This document shows, piece after piece, positions 28,452 through 41,280 of a stretch of 64,000 nucleotides of DNA (position 1 is its first letter; each line of letters opens with the position of its first letter). Source of the stretch: the human T2T-CHM13v2.0 reference genome, Homo sapiens. Made by a program: the position numbers and the translations under genes. Location: the NCBI RefSeq assembly GCF_009914755.1, contig NC_060929.1; one strand, written 5' to 3'. Under the pieces are notes generated by a model that was not told the DNA's origin, did not search any database, and worked only from the letters and a program-made list of their open reading frames with translations.

Positions 28452-28770
28452 TGTGGTGGTTTATTTTATGTGTCAACTTCACTGGACCACAAGGTATGCA
28501 GATATTTGGTCAAAACTTATGCTAGGTATTTCTGTGAGGTATTTTTGGGTGAGATTAATATTTAAATTGGTAGACTGAGTAAAGCAGATGCCCTCCATGA
28601 TGTGGATGGGACTCATCCAATAAGTTGAAGGCCTGAATAGAACAAAATGCTGACTCTCTCCCAAGTAAGAGAATTCTCCTGCATGATGGCCTTGGAACTG
28701 GATGCTGGCTCTTCTGATTTTAGACTTGTTAGCCTCCATAATAGCATGAGCCAATTCTTTATAATAAATT

Positions 28771-28823
<53 letters not shown>

Positions 28824-28841
28824 ATCTATTTATCGTCTATC

Positions 28842-28901
<60 letters not shown>

Positions 28902-28966
28902 GTCATCTCTATCATCTATCTCTTCATCTTCTTCATCGGTTTCTCTGGAGAACCCTGAGTAATACA
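28452..28966 (+). mobile_element. ERVL solo LTR, MLT2 (B/D-like)
   Basis: tgtggtggtttattttatgtgtcaacttcactgg ... gactgagtaaagcagat ... ttctctggagaaccctgagtaataca. Confidence 0.92.
28771..28920. repeat. (TATC)n/(GATA)n tetranucleotide STR inside MLT2
   Basis: About 150-bp compound TATC array with a long pure stretch. Confidence 0.97.
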
Positions 28967-29139
28967 TAAAGTCTATTTGAGCAAAGCCTTAAGTAAGATG
29001 TTTTAAAGAATTTATTGCTGGTTTCCTGAGTTACTTGATGTAAGTCACAGAAGTTCAGTCAGGTGCCTTATCTGAAAGGAGTTCGCTTATAACTAAGCAT
29101 TAGTTCTTTTGTCTCACCTATGCAACTCAAAATATTAGA

Positions 29140-29672
29140 TACCTCTTGTGTGCCACCTAGTTTCCACTGCCTACTCACCTTTTGTTGTATCAACCAACTT
29201 CACAAAGGTAACCTAACAGATCTTGTTTCAGATGCACCACATGCCAGTGACTCTCAACCTGTGCCTTCTCTGATGCTGCAGCCTGGCTGTCCGTAGGAAC
29301 CAGTCTGGCACTGACTTTGTGCATATCAAGAGGTGTGAGGAAGTTAATTCCTCGTGAGTCAGCCCTTAATCAACCCAACGAGGGACTGTGGTAGGCACTG
29401 GTAAGTACAAGCTCCCCTTTTTATCTCATGGCTAGTGAATTCTGTGATGCATTCTACCTGATTCCTCAAAGCATCCCAGTAGGGTCAAACCCCAGTTGCC
29501 CTCAGTGATTTCCAGCTTGAAAGACCCACCATTGTATTGGTTTTTCCACATCCTATTTCTTTGTCTTCCCAGTTTTCTGCTTCTATTACTTCTATTCAAT
29601 TCTCAAAAGAAATTACTGATATAAAATTCCTTATCCTAGACTGTTTTCTGGGGGCAAACTAGGTGAAGACAT
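29140..29672. mobile_element. ERVL LTR16-like solo LTR
   Basis: gaagttaattcc ... cagcccttaatcaa ... catcccagtagggtcaaaccccagttgccctcagtg ... ttctgggggcaaactagg. Confidence 0.6.
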
Positions 29673-29829
29673 CCATTATCTGTGTTTATTTCCTATTGTC
29701 TTCTTTTGTGTCTTACTAATTCTTTTTATACAGTCTTACCATTCTCAATTTCCTTATTTTTTTTTAATCTTCATTTTGACATTGTGCCTTTTGGAGATAG
29801 AAATGGGCTTTGCAGTTATTAAAGGTCAA

Positions 29830-30125
29830 GATGAGGGATGCTTGTGATGATGGAACTGTTCTTTACCTTGACTGTGGTGGTGGATATGGAAGCCTACCAA
29901 TGTGATAAAAATGAATAGAAATCAACACACGTACACACACACACGCACACACACACACACAAATACAAGTAACATTTATGGATTGGATCAATGTCAGTAT
30001 AATGTTTGTAATATTATAGTTCTGCAACTTATTATTAGAGAAAACTGGCCTAGGGTACATGAAAGCTCTCTGTATTGTTACTTAAAACTCATATAAATCT
30101 ACAACTATCTCAAAAGCAACTTTAA
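29830..30125 (+). mobile_element. L1MD-like 3' UTR with internal (CA)n
   Basis: cttgtgatgatggaactgttc...ttgactgtggtggtggata ... agggtacatgaaagctctctgtatt ... aaatctacaactatctcaaaa. Confidence 0.8.
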
Positions 30126-32267
30126 AGAAACAGCTATTTTACATTCTTTTGAGAATATCTCTTAAATTTACACACACATAGAAATTGCATTCATTTAGCA
30201 GGTTATTAGCCAGGTTAAACACTTATGTACACATTTGTAAGAGCACCTTATTTAAATTATGGACTAATATTCAAAAGCCCATTTGCTTTTAAATATAAGC
30301 CACCTATTATTTCTCTGTGCTTTGAATGAGCTGGAATTTAGTGGAAATAGTGACATATTCTATAAAGGATTAAGTCAGAAGAACATTCTCATTTGCTGCT
30401 TTCAATATTTAAGAATAAAATCATTCCTAAGCTATTATACCAGTACTAAGAGAGAATACTTGTTATAAAGGAGGCTTATAAAAGCATGTTAAGTTAGAGG
30501 TTTTTATTTGCACTTTAAAAATTTTTATAAGAATATCTGTGCTCAGTTAAACCCTTGGTTTTTCAAATGAAAGATATCATTGACCATTTATATTAGAATA
30601 AAAAAATATATCATCTGGATGGAACAGCTACCTGCCTGCTTCCTAAAGCCCCAGTTAGAGACTGAATTTATATTATGTAAAAATTATGGGTTTTCTCCCT
30701 TTAAAAATTAGTTAAGCATATACTAAAACAAAAATGTTACATGCAACGCATTATAATTTTAAAGACTCATTTTCTTTGGAATTATTAGCAACCCAGGAGA
30801 AATTTAAGGAAGAAAAGAAATGACAAAAAATGATATGCTGCTTTCTTTTATTATCATTTGTTTAAAAGATGGCCCGTTACATTTTTCTGTAAATGGTCCA
30901 TTCCCCACCCCCACCACATGTCTAATCCACAAAGTTTGCATCTGTGTACATCACTCTCCAATGCTCTCTTTCCCTGTTTTAGTTACCCTTGGCCTATACC
31001 TTGACACTCTGCTACCTGTCTCAATAAATTCAGAACACAAGCATTTACCTGCAACAAATGCGAATGGTTCCCCTAGAAATATAGCATCCTATAAAAACTA
31101 AAGCCGAAGGAACTGGAAGGGTGAGGTCAGGTATAATTTTCTCATCACAGCCTCCCTCGTCTTTTTCTTTTAGGCTCAGACACCGTGTTGACCTTTGTCT
31201 ATTTTTATGGCTGGATTAATTCTGCTATTTAAACGAGTCGGAAGTTTCAGATCATGTCATTTAGATGACCTCAAGAAGTGCTGATCTCTACAAAGATGAT
31301 GTGAAAAAATAATAGAAAGATGAAAAAAAAGTTGAGACTTGCAGACCAACAAGATACCTTAGAGATGATCTTACACAACCTTCCAATTTTATAAAGAGGG
31401 AGATGAGGAAGGGGCAGTTGAATGAGGGTATGTTAGGCTTGTATCCCTCTTAGGTTGGCTGACCTCAAGTCCAGGCTCAAGTCCTCTGAGCCTGTTTCAG
31501 CGGTAGTGCAGATTAAAGGCCAATCATATCCCATGTCAGGGAAGTAGGCAGGATTCCAGGCTAAGGGTTGAATAGTTCACATTAAAATCAGAATTTCTAA
31601 TGCTTGAAGTTTGAATATCCATCCACCCATGTCTGAGTGTTAGGATTTTAACCTGTGGTCAAGGCCCTGCTTTGTGCCTCACAATTGTCCATGACTGGGT
31701 GACTTTTACTCTTGTCTCTCAAGTGTTCACTTCTTTCCCTGCCTCATGCCCTTTAGGACAACTGTGCTTCTGACTTGCCTCCTTGTCTTCTCACGAACTT
31801 TGCATGGCCTCTAAACAGACTCACGCTCATCCCAATGGATGAAACACCCCACCTGCACCCGACTCTTAGATGTTGATGATCTAACTAACTGCTTTGGGGT
31901 CTCTTATCTGAAAAGGTCTGTCTGCCTCTGTGGATCTATTTGGGGCCAGGATTAGCCCTCTTGAATGTGGCTTTCTACTACCAGCTAAGGCGATTCCATA
32001 AATGTCTTATAGTATGGAGACAATGGTCTTTCAAAAGTTTGTCTTTGGGTTTAGAGATCTACCTGAGACGTATTTTCTACTGTTGTCTTAACAGGTTACT
32101 TTCTACCCAAATCTTGGTCAAATTCAACCTTAAAATTCAATTTTGGGTTTATAAGGGAAGAGTAGGGAATGAGAAAAGCCCATATGTGAAAGTGATGCTA
32201 TCAAAATGGTGAAAGAGAATTAAAGCTATGATAAAAACAGAACTATTGTATGTTCCCAATTTGATTA

Positions 32268-33462
32268 CAGTCATGCACCCCATAACAACGTTTTGGTTGA
32301 TGGATCACATGCACAACAGTGGTCCCATAAGATTATAATGGAGCTAAAAATTTCCTTTTCCTATCACCAGTGACATTATAGCTATTACAATGTAGTAGTA
32401 CAACAAATTACTCACACGTTTGCAGTGATGCTGGTGTAAACAAACCTACCACACTGCCAGTTGTATAAAAGTGTAGCACATGCACTTATGTACAGTACAT
32501 AATACTGGATGATGATAATAAACAATTATGTTACTTGTTTATATATTTACTATAGTATACTTTTTATTGTTATTTTAGAGCGTACTCATTTTACATTTTA
32601 AAAAAAGTTAGCTATGAAAGAGCCTCAAGCAAGCCTTTCAGGAGGTATTCCAGAAGACATTGTTATCATAGGAGATAACAGAGCTGATAGCTACATGTGT
32701 GTTATTGCCTTTGAAGTCCTTCTACTTGGACAAGATGTGGAGGTGGAAAATAGTAATATTGATGATGTTGACATTGTATAGGCCTAGGCTAACATGTGTG
32801 TTTTTGTATTCATTTTTAACAAAAAGTTTAAACAGAAAAAAAATAAAAATAGAGAAGACTTTACACCTTTATGCAATAAGAAAATAGAATATATTGTACA
32901 ATTGTACAATGTGTTTGTTTTAAGCTACATGTAATTATAAAAGAGCCAAAAAGTTAAAAAAATAAAAGTTTATAAAAAAGTTACAGTAAACTAAGTTAAT
33001 TTATTTTTGAAGAAAGAAAGTGGTCTTTACAAATTTATCATAGCTTGAGTGTCCAGTGTTTATAAAGTCCACAGTAATGTATAACAATGTTCAAAGCCTC
33101 CACATTCGCTTGTTACTGACTCACTGATTCACCCAGAGCAACATCCAGTCTTAGCAAGCTCCATTCATGGTCAGAGCCCTGTATAGATGTACCTTTTTTA
33201 ACCTTTATACTGTATTTTTACTGTATCTTTTCTATGTTTAGATATGTTCAGATACACATGTACTTACCAGTGTGTTATAATTGCCTACGGTATTCAGAAC
33301 AGTAACATGCTGTACAGTTTTGTAGCCTAGGAGCAATAGGCCATACCATGTAGTAGGCTGTTGCATTTAGGTTTGTATACTCTATGCTGTTCACGCAATG
33401 ATAAAATCACCTAACCACACATTTCTTAGAACACATCCCCGTCATTAAGGGACATGTGACTG
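32268..33462. mobile_element. Tigger3b-like DNA transposon (about 1.2 kb, non-autonomous)
   Basis: TA-cagtcatgcaccccataacaacg... and ...ccccgtcattaagggacatgtgactg termini. Internal ggtcccataagattataatgg. Confidence 0.9.
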
Positions 33463-33681
33463 CACTTCTCCTACTCTTCTCTTCCAGGGGTGCCTTAATC
33501 ATATTTGGCTCTGAAAACTATTTTCCTTAAACACAATAACTGTAATAGTAGGTACTGCACAAGACCCATAAGAGGCACTGAAGAAATAACCATCCTTCCT
33601 GAGTTTTATAGATTATTAATAAAAAATGCTTTATTATCTATCAAACATCATGTGAATGTGAGATATAAAACCTCTTTTTAT

Positions 33682-34263
33682 TTCTTTTTTCTTTTTCAAA
33701 AACTGTATTTATTTATTTATTTATTTATTTATTCATTTATTTTTAAAATTTCAGGATACATGTGCAGGATGTGCAGGTTTTGTACATAGGTAATTGTGTG
33801 CCATGGTAGTTTGCTATCAACCCATCACCTATGTATTAAGCCTCGCGTGCTTCAGCTGTTTTCCCTAATGCTATCTCCATCCCACCCTCCCCTGACAGGC
33901 CCCAGTAAGTGTTGTTTCCCTCCCTGTGTCCATGCGTTCTCATTGTTCAGCTCCCACCTATAAGTGAGAACATGCGGTGCTTGGTTTGCTGTTCCTGCGT
34001 TAGTTTGACCCAGCAATCCCATTACTGAGTATATACCCAAAGGAATATAAATCATTCTATTATAAAGTTACGTGCACATGTATGTTCATTGCAGCACTAT
34101 TCACAATAGCAAATACATGGAATCAACTCAAATGCCCATCAGTGATAGACTGGATAAAGAAAATGTGGTAAATATACAACATGGAATACTAGGCACCCAT
34201 AAAAAGGAATGAGATTATGTCTTTTGCAGGGACTTGGATGAAGCTGAAAGCTATTATCCTCAG
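33682..34263 (-). mobile_element. 5'-inverted (twin-primed) truncated L1PA8-like element
   Basis: Antisense 3' UTR at 33682-34007 joined to a sense segment at 34004-34263. Degenerate TSD AAAACCT(CT)TTTTAT at 33667-33681 and 34264-34276. Confidence 0.92.
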
Positions 34264-35393
34264 AAAACCTTTTTATACTGAAGAAAAAGACAAATTTGAA
34301 ATATAATTATTTTGGATGTAGAAATTTTAATATTTACTGTAGAATTAGTTAACAGATATTTTAATTTTTTTCTTTTATGCTACATTTTCATCTATAATTC
34401 TCTTTAATAAAAAAGCCACAGAAAATCATAGTAACAAAATAGTTCTACATAGTGGAAAATGCAATATGCTTTTATTTCTTATTTCAAAAGCTTGTCATTT
34501 GGCAGATATAGTCACACTGTCTTGAAACATACTTATATAGAACGAAATATATTTATTATATATAAACAAAAACTTTGCAAAATCCCAGAATTTTTATCTT
34601 GATTCTTAATAAAAGATACATCATGATTCATTTTAAAATAAAAAGACTCATACTGGGAATTCATCCAATTAATATTGATGGCCCCACATGGTACAAGCTA
34701 AATGTGATCTTTTCAGTTTGTGAGATAAAAAACATGACCCAAGTGGAATGTTGGCTCCTCGAGTTAGTAATATGCATGGTGACATTTATGTATAAAATAA
34801 ACAGAATTTTTACACCTTAATTTATAGACAGCAGTATTTTTATAGAAGGATGATTAATCTTCAAATTGTTTAATGCTACAGATAATGAAATAGCTTTATA
34901 AATCACTGATATTGATCTGAATAAGTTACTTCACAAAGAGGTTAAAAAGATAAAATAGAATGAAGTACTAGAACAAAACTAATGTTTTAGTTTTTCACTT
35001 TCAGTGATGACAAAGCCAGACAATCAAATGAAGAAATACATTTTCAATCACTTTTATGAATCTAAATATAACTTTACAAGAAAATTGGAGGCCAGAGTAC
35101 AATATTAAAAAGAGAGTATTGGTGGTCACTTCCAAGATGGCCAAATAGGAACAGCTCTGGTCTGCAGCTCCCAGCAAGATCAATGCAGAAGACGGGTGAT
35201 TTCTGCATTTCCAACTGAGGTACCTGGTTCATCTCACTGGGACTAGTTGGACAGTGGATGCAGCCCATGGAGGGTGAGCTGAAGCAGGGCAGGGCATCAC
35301 CTCACCCAGGAAGTGCAAGAGGTCAGGGGATTTCCCTTTCCTAGCCAAGGGCAGCTGTGACAGACTGCAGATGGAAAAATGGTACAATCCCAC

Positions 35394-35561
35394 CTAAATA
35401 CTGCACTTTTCCAATGGTCTTAGCAACCGGCAGACCAGAAGATTCCCTCCCGTGTCTGGCTGGGTGGGTCCCATGCCCGCAGAGCCTTGCTCACTGCTAG
35501 CACAAGAGTCTGAGATTGACCTGTGAGGCTGCGGCCTGGAGTGGGGAGGGGCATCCGCCAT
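35394..35561 (-). other. L1 ORF0 homologue (55 aa, shorter than the canonical 71 aa)
   Basis: MADAPPHSRPQPHRSISDSCASSEQGSAGMGPTQPDTGGNLLVCRLLRPLEKCSI aligns by eye with L1 ORF0 (MAGAPPPASLPPCSLISDCCAS...). Kozak context GCAATGG. Confidence 0.7.
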
Positions 35562-36163
35562 TGCTGAGGCTCGAGTAGGTAAACAAAGCAGCCAGGAAGC
35601 CCAAACTGGGTGGAGCCCACCACAGCTCAGCAAGGCCTACTGCCTCTACAGACTCCACCTCTGTGGGCAGGGCATAGCTGAACAAAAGGCAGCAGACAAC
35701 TGCAGACTTAAACATCCCTGTCAGACAGATCTGACAGATCTGAAGAGAGCAGGGCTTCTCTCAGCACAGTGTTCGACCTCTGAGAATGGTCAGACTGCCT
35801 CATCAAGTGGGTCCCTGACATCCTTGTAGCCTGACTGGGAGACACCTCCCAGTAGGGGCCAACAGACACCTCATACAGGCAGGTGTCCCTCTGGGACGAA
35901 GTTTTCAGGGGAAGGATCTGGCAGTAATATTTGCTGTTTTATAATATTGGCTCTTCTGCAGCCTCCACTGGTGATACCCAGGCAAACAGGGTCTGGAGTG
36001 GACCTCCAGCAAAATCCAATAGACCTGCAGCAGAGGGGTCAGTTAGAAGGAAAACTAACAAACAGTAAGGAATAGCATGAACATCAACAAAAAGGACATC
36101 CACACCAAAACCCCATCTGTAGGTCACCAACATCAAAGACCAAAAGTATACAAAACCATAAAG

Positions 36164-37184
36164 ATGGGGAGAAACCAGAGCAGAAAAGCTGAAAATTCCA
36201 AAAACCAGAGCACTTCTTTTCCTCCAAAGGATCACAGCTCCTCACCAGCAATGGAACAAATGTGGACAGACAATGACTTTGACGAGTTTATAGAAGTAGG
36301 CTTCAGAAGGCCAGTAATAACAAACTTCTTCGAGCTAAAAGAGCATGTTCTAACCGAGAGCAAGGAAGTTAAAAACCTTGAAAAAAGGTTAGACAAATTG
36401 CTAACTAGAATAAACAGTGTAGAGAAGACCTGAAATGACCTGATGGAGCTGAAAACCACAGCAAGAGAACGTCGTGACGCATGCACAAGCTTCAATAGCC
36501 TATGCAATCAGTGGAAGAAAGGATATCAGTGATTGAAGATAAAATTAATGAAATAAAGCATGAAGACAAGATTAGAGAAAAAAGAGTAAAAAGAAATGAA
36601 CAAAACCTCCAAGAAATATGGGACTACGTGAAAAGACCAAATCTACATTTGATTGGTGTACCTAAAAGTGATGGGGAGAATGGAACCAAGTTAGAAAACA
36701 CTCTTTAGGATATTATCCAGGAGAACTTCCCCAACCTAGCAAGGCAGGCCAACATTCAAATTCACGAAATACAGAGAACCCCACAAAGATACTCCTCGAG
36801 AAGAGCAACCCCAAGACACATAATGTTCAGACTCACCAACGCTGAAATGAAGGAAAAAATGTTAAGGGCAGCCAGAGAGAAAGGTACAGTTACTCGCAAA
36901 GGGAAGCCCATCAGACTAACAGCAGATCTCTCCGCAGAAACCCTAAAAGCCAGAAGAGAGTGGGGGCCAATATTCAACATTCTTAAAGAAAAGAATTTTC
37001 AATCCAGAATTTCATATCCAGCCAAACTAAGCTTCAAGTGAACAGAAATAAAATCCTTTACAGACAAGCAAATGCTGAGAGATTTGTCACCACCAGGCCT
37101 GCCTTACAAGAGCTCCTGAAGGAAGCACTAAACATGAAAAGGAACAACCAGTACCAGTCACTGCAAAAACATGCTGAATTGTAA
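36164..37184 (+). pseudogene. Disrupted L1 ORF1p
   Basis: MGRNQSRKAENSK..., EIWDYVKRPNL and ARREWGPIFNILKEKNF are split across several ORFs by stops and frameshifts. Confidence 0.93.
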
Positions 37185-37357
37185 AGACCATCGATGCTAG
37201 GAAGAAACTGCATCAATTAACGAACAAAATAACCAGCAAACATCATAATGACAGGATCAAATTCACACATAACAATATTAACCTTAAATGTAAATGGGCT
37301 AAATGTCCCAATTAAAAGACACAGACTTGCAAATTGGATAAACAGTCAAGACCCATC

Positions 37358-37605
37358 AGGTCAGGAATTCGAGACCAGCCTGGCCAGCATGGTGAAACCC
37401 TTTCTCTACTAAAAACATGCAAAAATTATCCGGGCATGGTGGCACATGCCTGTAATCCCAGCTACTCGGGAGGCTGAGGCAGGAGAACTGCTTGAACCCT
37501 GGGGCAGAGGTTGCAGTGAGCTGAGATCATGCCAGTGCACTCCAGCCTGGGTGACTGTGTAAGACTCTGTCTTAAAACAAACAAAGCAAACAAACAAACA
37601 AAAAA
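37358..37605 (+). mobile_element. 5'-truncated AluS fused directly to L1 ORF2
   Basis: Begins aggtcaggaattcgagaccagcc. (CAAA)n tail. No TSD copy at the left junction. Confidence 0.93.
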
Positions 37606-37950
37606 CTACATATGCATTTACCTTTTGACTCAGCAATCCCACTTCTAATGATACACCTCTAACACTACAGAAACTCATGTACATGAATTTGTCTATACAT
37701 GTTGTTGTATGTTTCTTCAAACCCATAGAATGTACAATATCAAGACTGAACCCTAAGGTAAACTATGGACTCTGGGTGATTATGTTGTGTCAATGTAGAT
37801 TAATCAGTTATAACAATTGTACCACTTTGGTGGGGGATGTTGATAATGAGGGAGGCTATACATGTGTGGGAGTAGGAAGTATAGGGGAAATCTTAGTACC
37901 TTCCTTTTAGCTTTGCTGTGAACCTAAAAATACTCTAAAATTAATAAGTT
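37606..37950 (+). mobile_element. Old L1M fragments (ORF2 3' end and L1MC-like 3' UTR)
   Basis: ttttgactcagcaatcccacttcta and aaacccatagaatgtacaa...gtaaactatggact...gtaccactttggtgggggatgttgataatg...gctgtgaacctaaaa. Confidence 0.8.
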
Positions 37951-39074
37951 AAGTAATAAAATATATGCATATGTGAAAAAATCTGCCTTCATTAAATAGC
38001 TTAGAAAGTCCATAATGGAACTTGGCATATGTTTTATCCAATATACTGTCTTTTAACCTTGCTATAATTTTGAAAGCCAATAGATTGTTTTCTTAGGAGG
38101 AAAAACTGTAGATAGGGTTTCACTTTAAAGTCTACTGGTGTATCTTGTATTTGGAATTCAAAAGATATTCAAAGAATTAACACTTAGAGTAACCACACTG
38201 TAGAGTTTCTTGGGAATAAAAAACTCACTACATTTACTTATTGTAATTTAAGAAGGACTATTTCTGGTAATAACTTAATCTGTTTCCCAAGCCTCTGTGA
38301 ATAAATTCGGCTTCATATTTAAAAATGAGGTGGAATATACCCAGGTCTTGTCAATCTAGTCATAATTATGGTATAGAGGACATGCACAAATCAAAACCCT
38401 CACCCCTAAGCCAACACTTGGACACTTCACTCTCTCTTTCTGTGGCTCTGATTTAAGACTCATATGCTGATCAATCATAGAACCTCAAACAAACATTTAG
38501 ATATGCTTTTTTTTTTTATCAGTTTTATACTTATTTTTCTCTTTTATCTGAAGTTATAAATGGCTTGCCTAAATTCCTTCTTCACTTTTCATATAAAAAT
38601 TAGCTACATTTCTAAAATTGAATAAATAATTCAGCATGGTAATGCCAATTCCTCGATAAAATACTGGCAAACTGAATCCAGCAGCACATCAAACAGCTTA
38701 TCCACCACGATCAAGTCAGCTTCATCCCCAGGTTGCAAGGCTGGTTCAATATATGCAAATCAACAAACATAATCCATCATATAAACAGAACCAATGCCAA
38801 AAACCACGATTATTTCAATAGATGCAGAAAAAGCTTTTGACATAATTCAATAGCCCTTCATACTAAAACTCTCAATAAACTAGGTATTGATGGAACATAT
38901 CTCAGAATAATAAGAGCTATTTATGACAAACCCACAGCCAATATCATACTGAATGGGCAAAAGCTGGAAGCATTCCCTTTGAAAACCAGCACAAGACAAG
39001 GATGCCATCTCTCACCATTCCTATTCAACATAGTACTGGAAGTTCTGGCTAGGGCAGTCAGGCAACAGAAATAA

Positions 39075-39254
<180 letters not shown>

Positions 39255-41280
39255 TAACAGACAAACAGAGAGCCAAATCCTGAGTGAACTCCCATTCACA
39301 ATCACTACTAAGAAAATAAAATACCTAGGAATACAACTTACAAGGGATGTGAAGGACCTCTTCAAGGAGAAATACGAACCACTGCTCAATGAAATAAAAG
39401 AGGACACAAATAAATCGATGAAAATTCCATGCTAATGGATAGGAAGAATCGATATTGTGAAAATGGCCATACTGCCCAAGGTAATTTATAGATTCCATGC
39501 CATCCCCATCAAGCTACCTATGACTTTCTTCACAGAATTGGAAAAAACTACTTTAAAGTTCAGATGGAACCAAAAAAGCACCCGCATAGCCAAGACAATC
39601 TTAAGCAAAAAGAACAAAGCTGGAGGCATCATGCTACCTGACTTCAAACTATACTACAGCATGGTACTGGTACCAAAATAGATATATAGACCAAAGGAAA
39701 AGAACAGAGGCCTCAGAAATAACACTACACATCTACAACCATCTGATCTTTGACAAACCTGACAAAAACAAAAAATGGGGAAAGGAGTCCCTATTTAATA
39801 AATAGTGCTGGGAAAACAGGCTAGCCATATGCAGAAAGCTGAAACTTGATCCCTTCCTTACATCTTATACAAAAATTAATTCAAGATGGATTAAAGACTT
39901 AAATGTAAGATCTAAAGTCACAAAAACCTTAGAAGAAAACCTAGGCAATACCATTCAGGACATAGGCATGGGCAAAGACTTCATGACTAAAACACCAAAA
40001 ACAATGACAACAAAAGCCAAAATTGACAAATGGGATCTAATTAAACTAAAGAGCTTCTGCACAGCAAAAGAAACTACCAACAGGGTGAACAGGCAACCTA
40101 CAGAATGGGAGAAAATTTTTGCAATGTATCCATCTGACAAAGGGCTAATATCCAGAATCTACAAAGAACTTAAACAAATTTACAAGAAAAAAACAAATAA
40201 CCCCATCAAAAAGTGGGCAAAGGATACAAACAGACACTTCTCAAAAGAAGACATTTATGCAGCCAACAGACACATGAAAAAATGCTCATCATCACTGGTC
40301 ATCAGAGAAATGCAAATCAAAACCACAATGAAATACCATCTCATGCCAGTTAGAATGGTGATCATTAAAAAGTCAGGAAACAACAGATGCTGGAAAAGAT
40401 GTGGACAAATAGGGATGCTTTTACACTGTTGGTGGGAGTGTAAATTAGTTCAACCATTGTGGAAGACTGTGTGGTGATTCCTCAGGGATCTAGAACTAGA
40501 AATACCATTTGACCCTGCAATCCCATTACTGGGTATATAGCCAAAGGATTATAAATCATGCTGCTATAAAGATACATGCACACGTATGTTTACTACAGCA
40601 CTATTCACAATAGCAAAGACTTGGAACCAACCCAAATGTCCATCAATGATAGACTGGATTAAGAAAATATGACACATATACATGATGGAATACTATGTAG
40701 CCATGAAAAAGGATGAGTTCATGTCCTTTGCAGGGACATGGATTAAGATACACCATGGAATACTTTTTTATGCAGCCATAAAAAAGGATGAGTTCATGTC
40801 CTTTGCAGGGACATGGATTAAGCTGGAAACCATCATTCTCAGCAAACTATCACAAGGACAGAAAACCAAACACCGCATGTTCTCACTCATAGGTGGGAAT
40901 TGAACAATGAGAACACTTGGACACAGGGTGGGAACATCACACATTGGGGCCTGTCGGGGGTAGGGGGGATGGGGGAGGGATAGCATTAGGAGAAATACCT
41001 AATGTAAATGACAAGTCGATGGGTGCAGCAAACCAACATGGCACACGTATACCTATGTAATAAACCTGTACATTGTGCACATGTACCCTAGTACTTAAAT
41101 ATAATAAGAAAAATAATACAAATAAATAAATAAAAAGAGAGTATTAATATAAGTGTGTATGTTCTTACTAGTAAAGTTTTTTTAAAAAATTGACACTTAT
41201 TTTCTGTAAACATAAAACTCAGGTAGCAGTAACTATTTTTCACAAAATAATCTGACAAAATTATTCTTATGAACAAGAAT

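Noticed and set aside
31160-31300. Strong acceptor ctttttcttttAG
   Set aside because: All three frames stop soon after and no convincing donor was found.
39968-40477. 169-aa ORF with clear protein homology
   Set aside because: A fragment of the dead L1 ORF2 C-terminus, not an independent gene.
40946-40979. G-quadruplex-forming G runs
   Set aside because: A standard feature of L1PA 3' UTRs.
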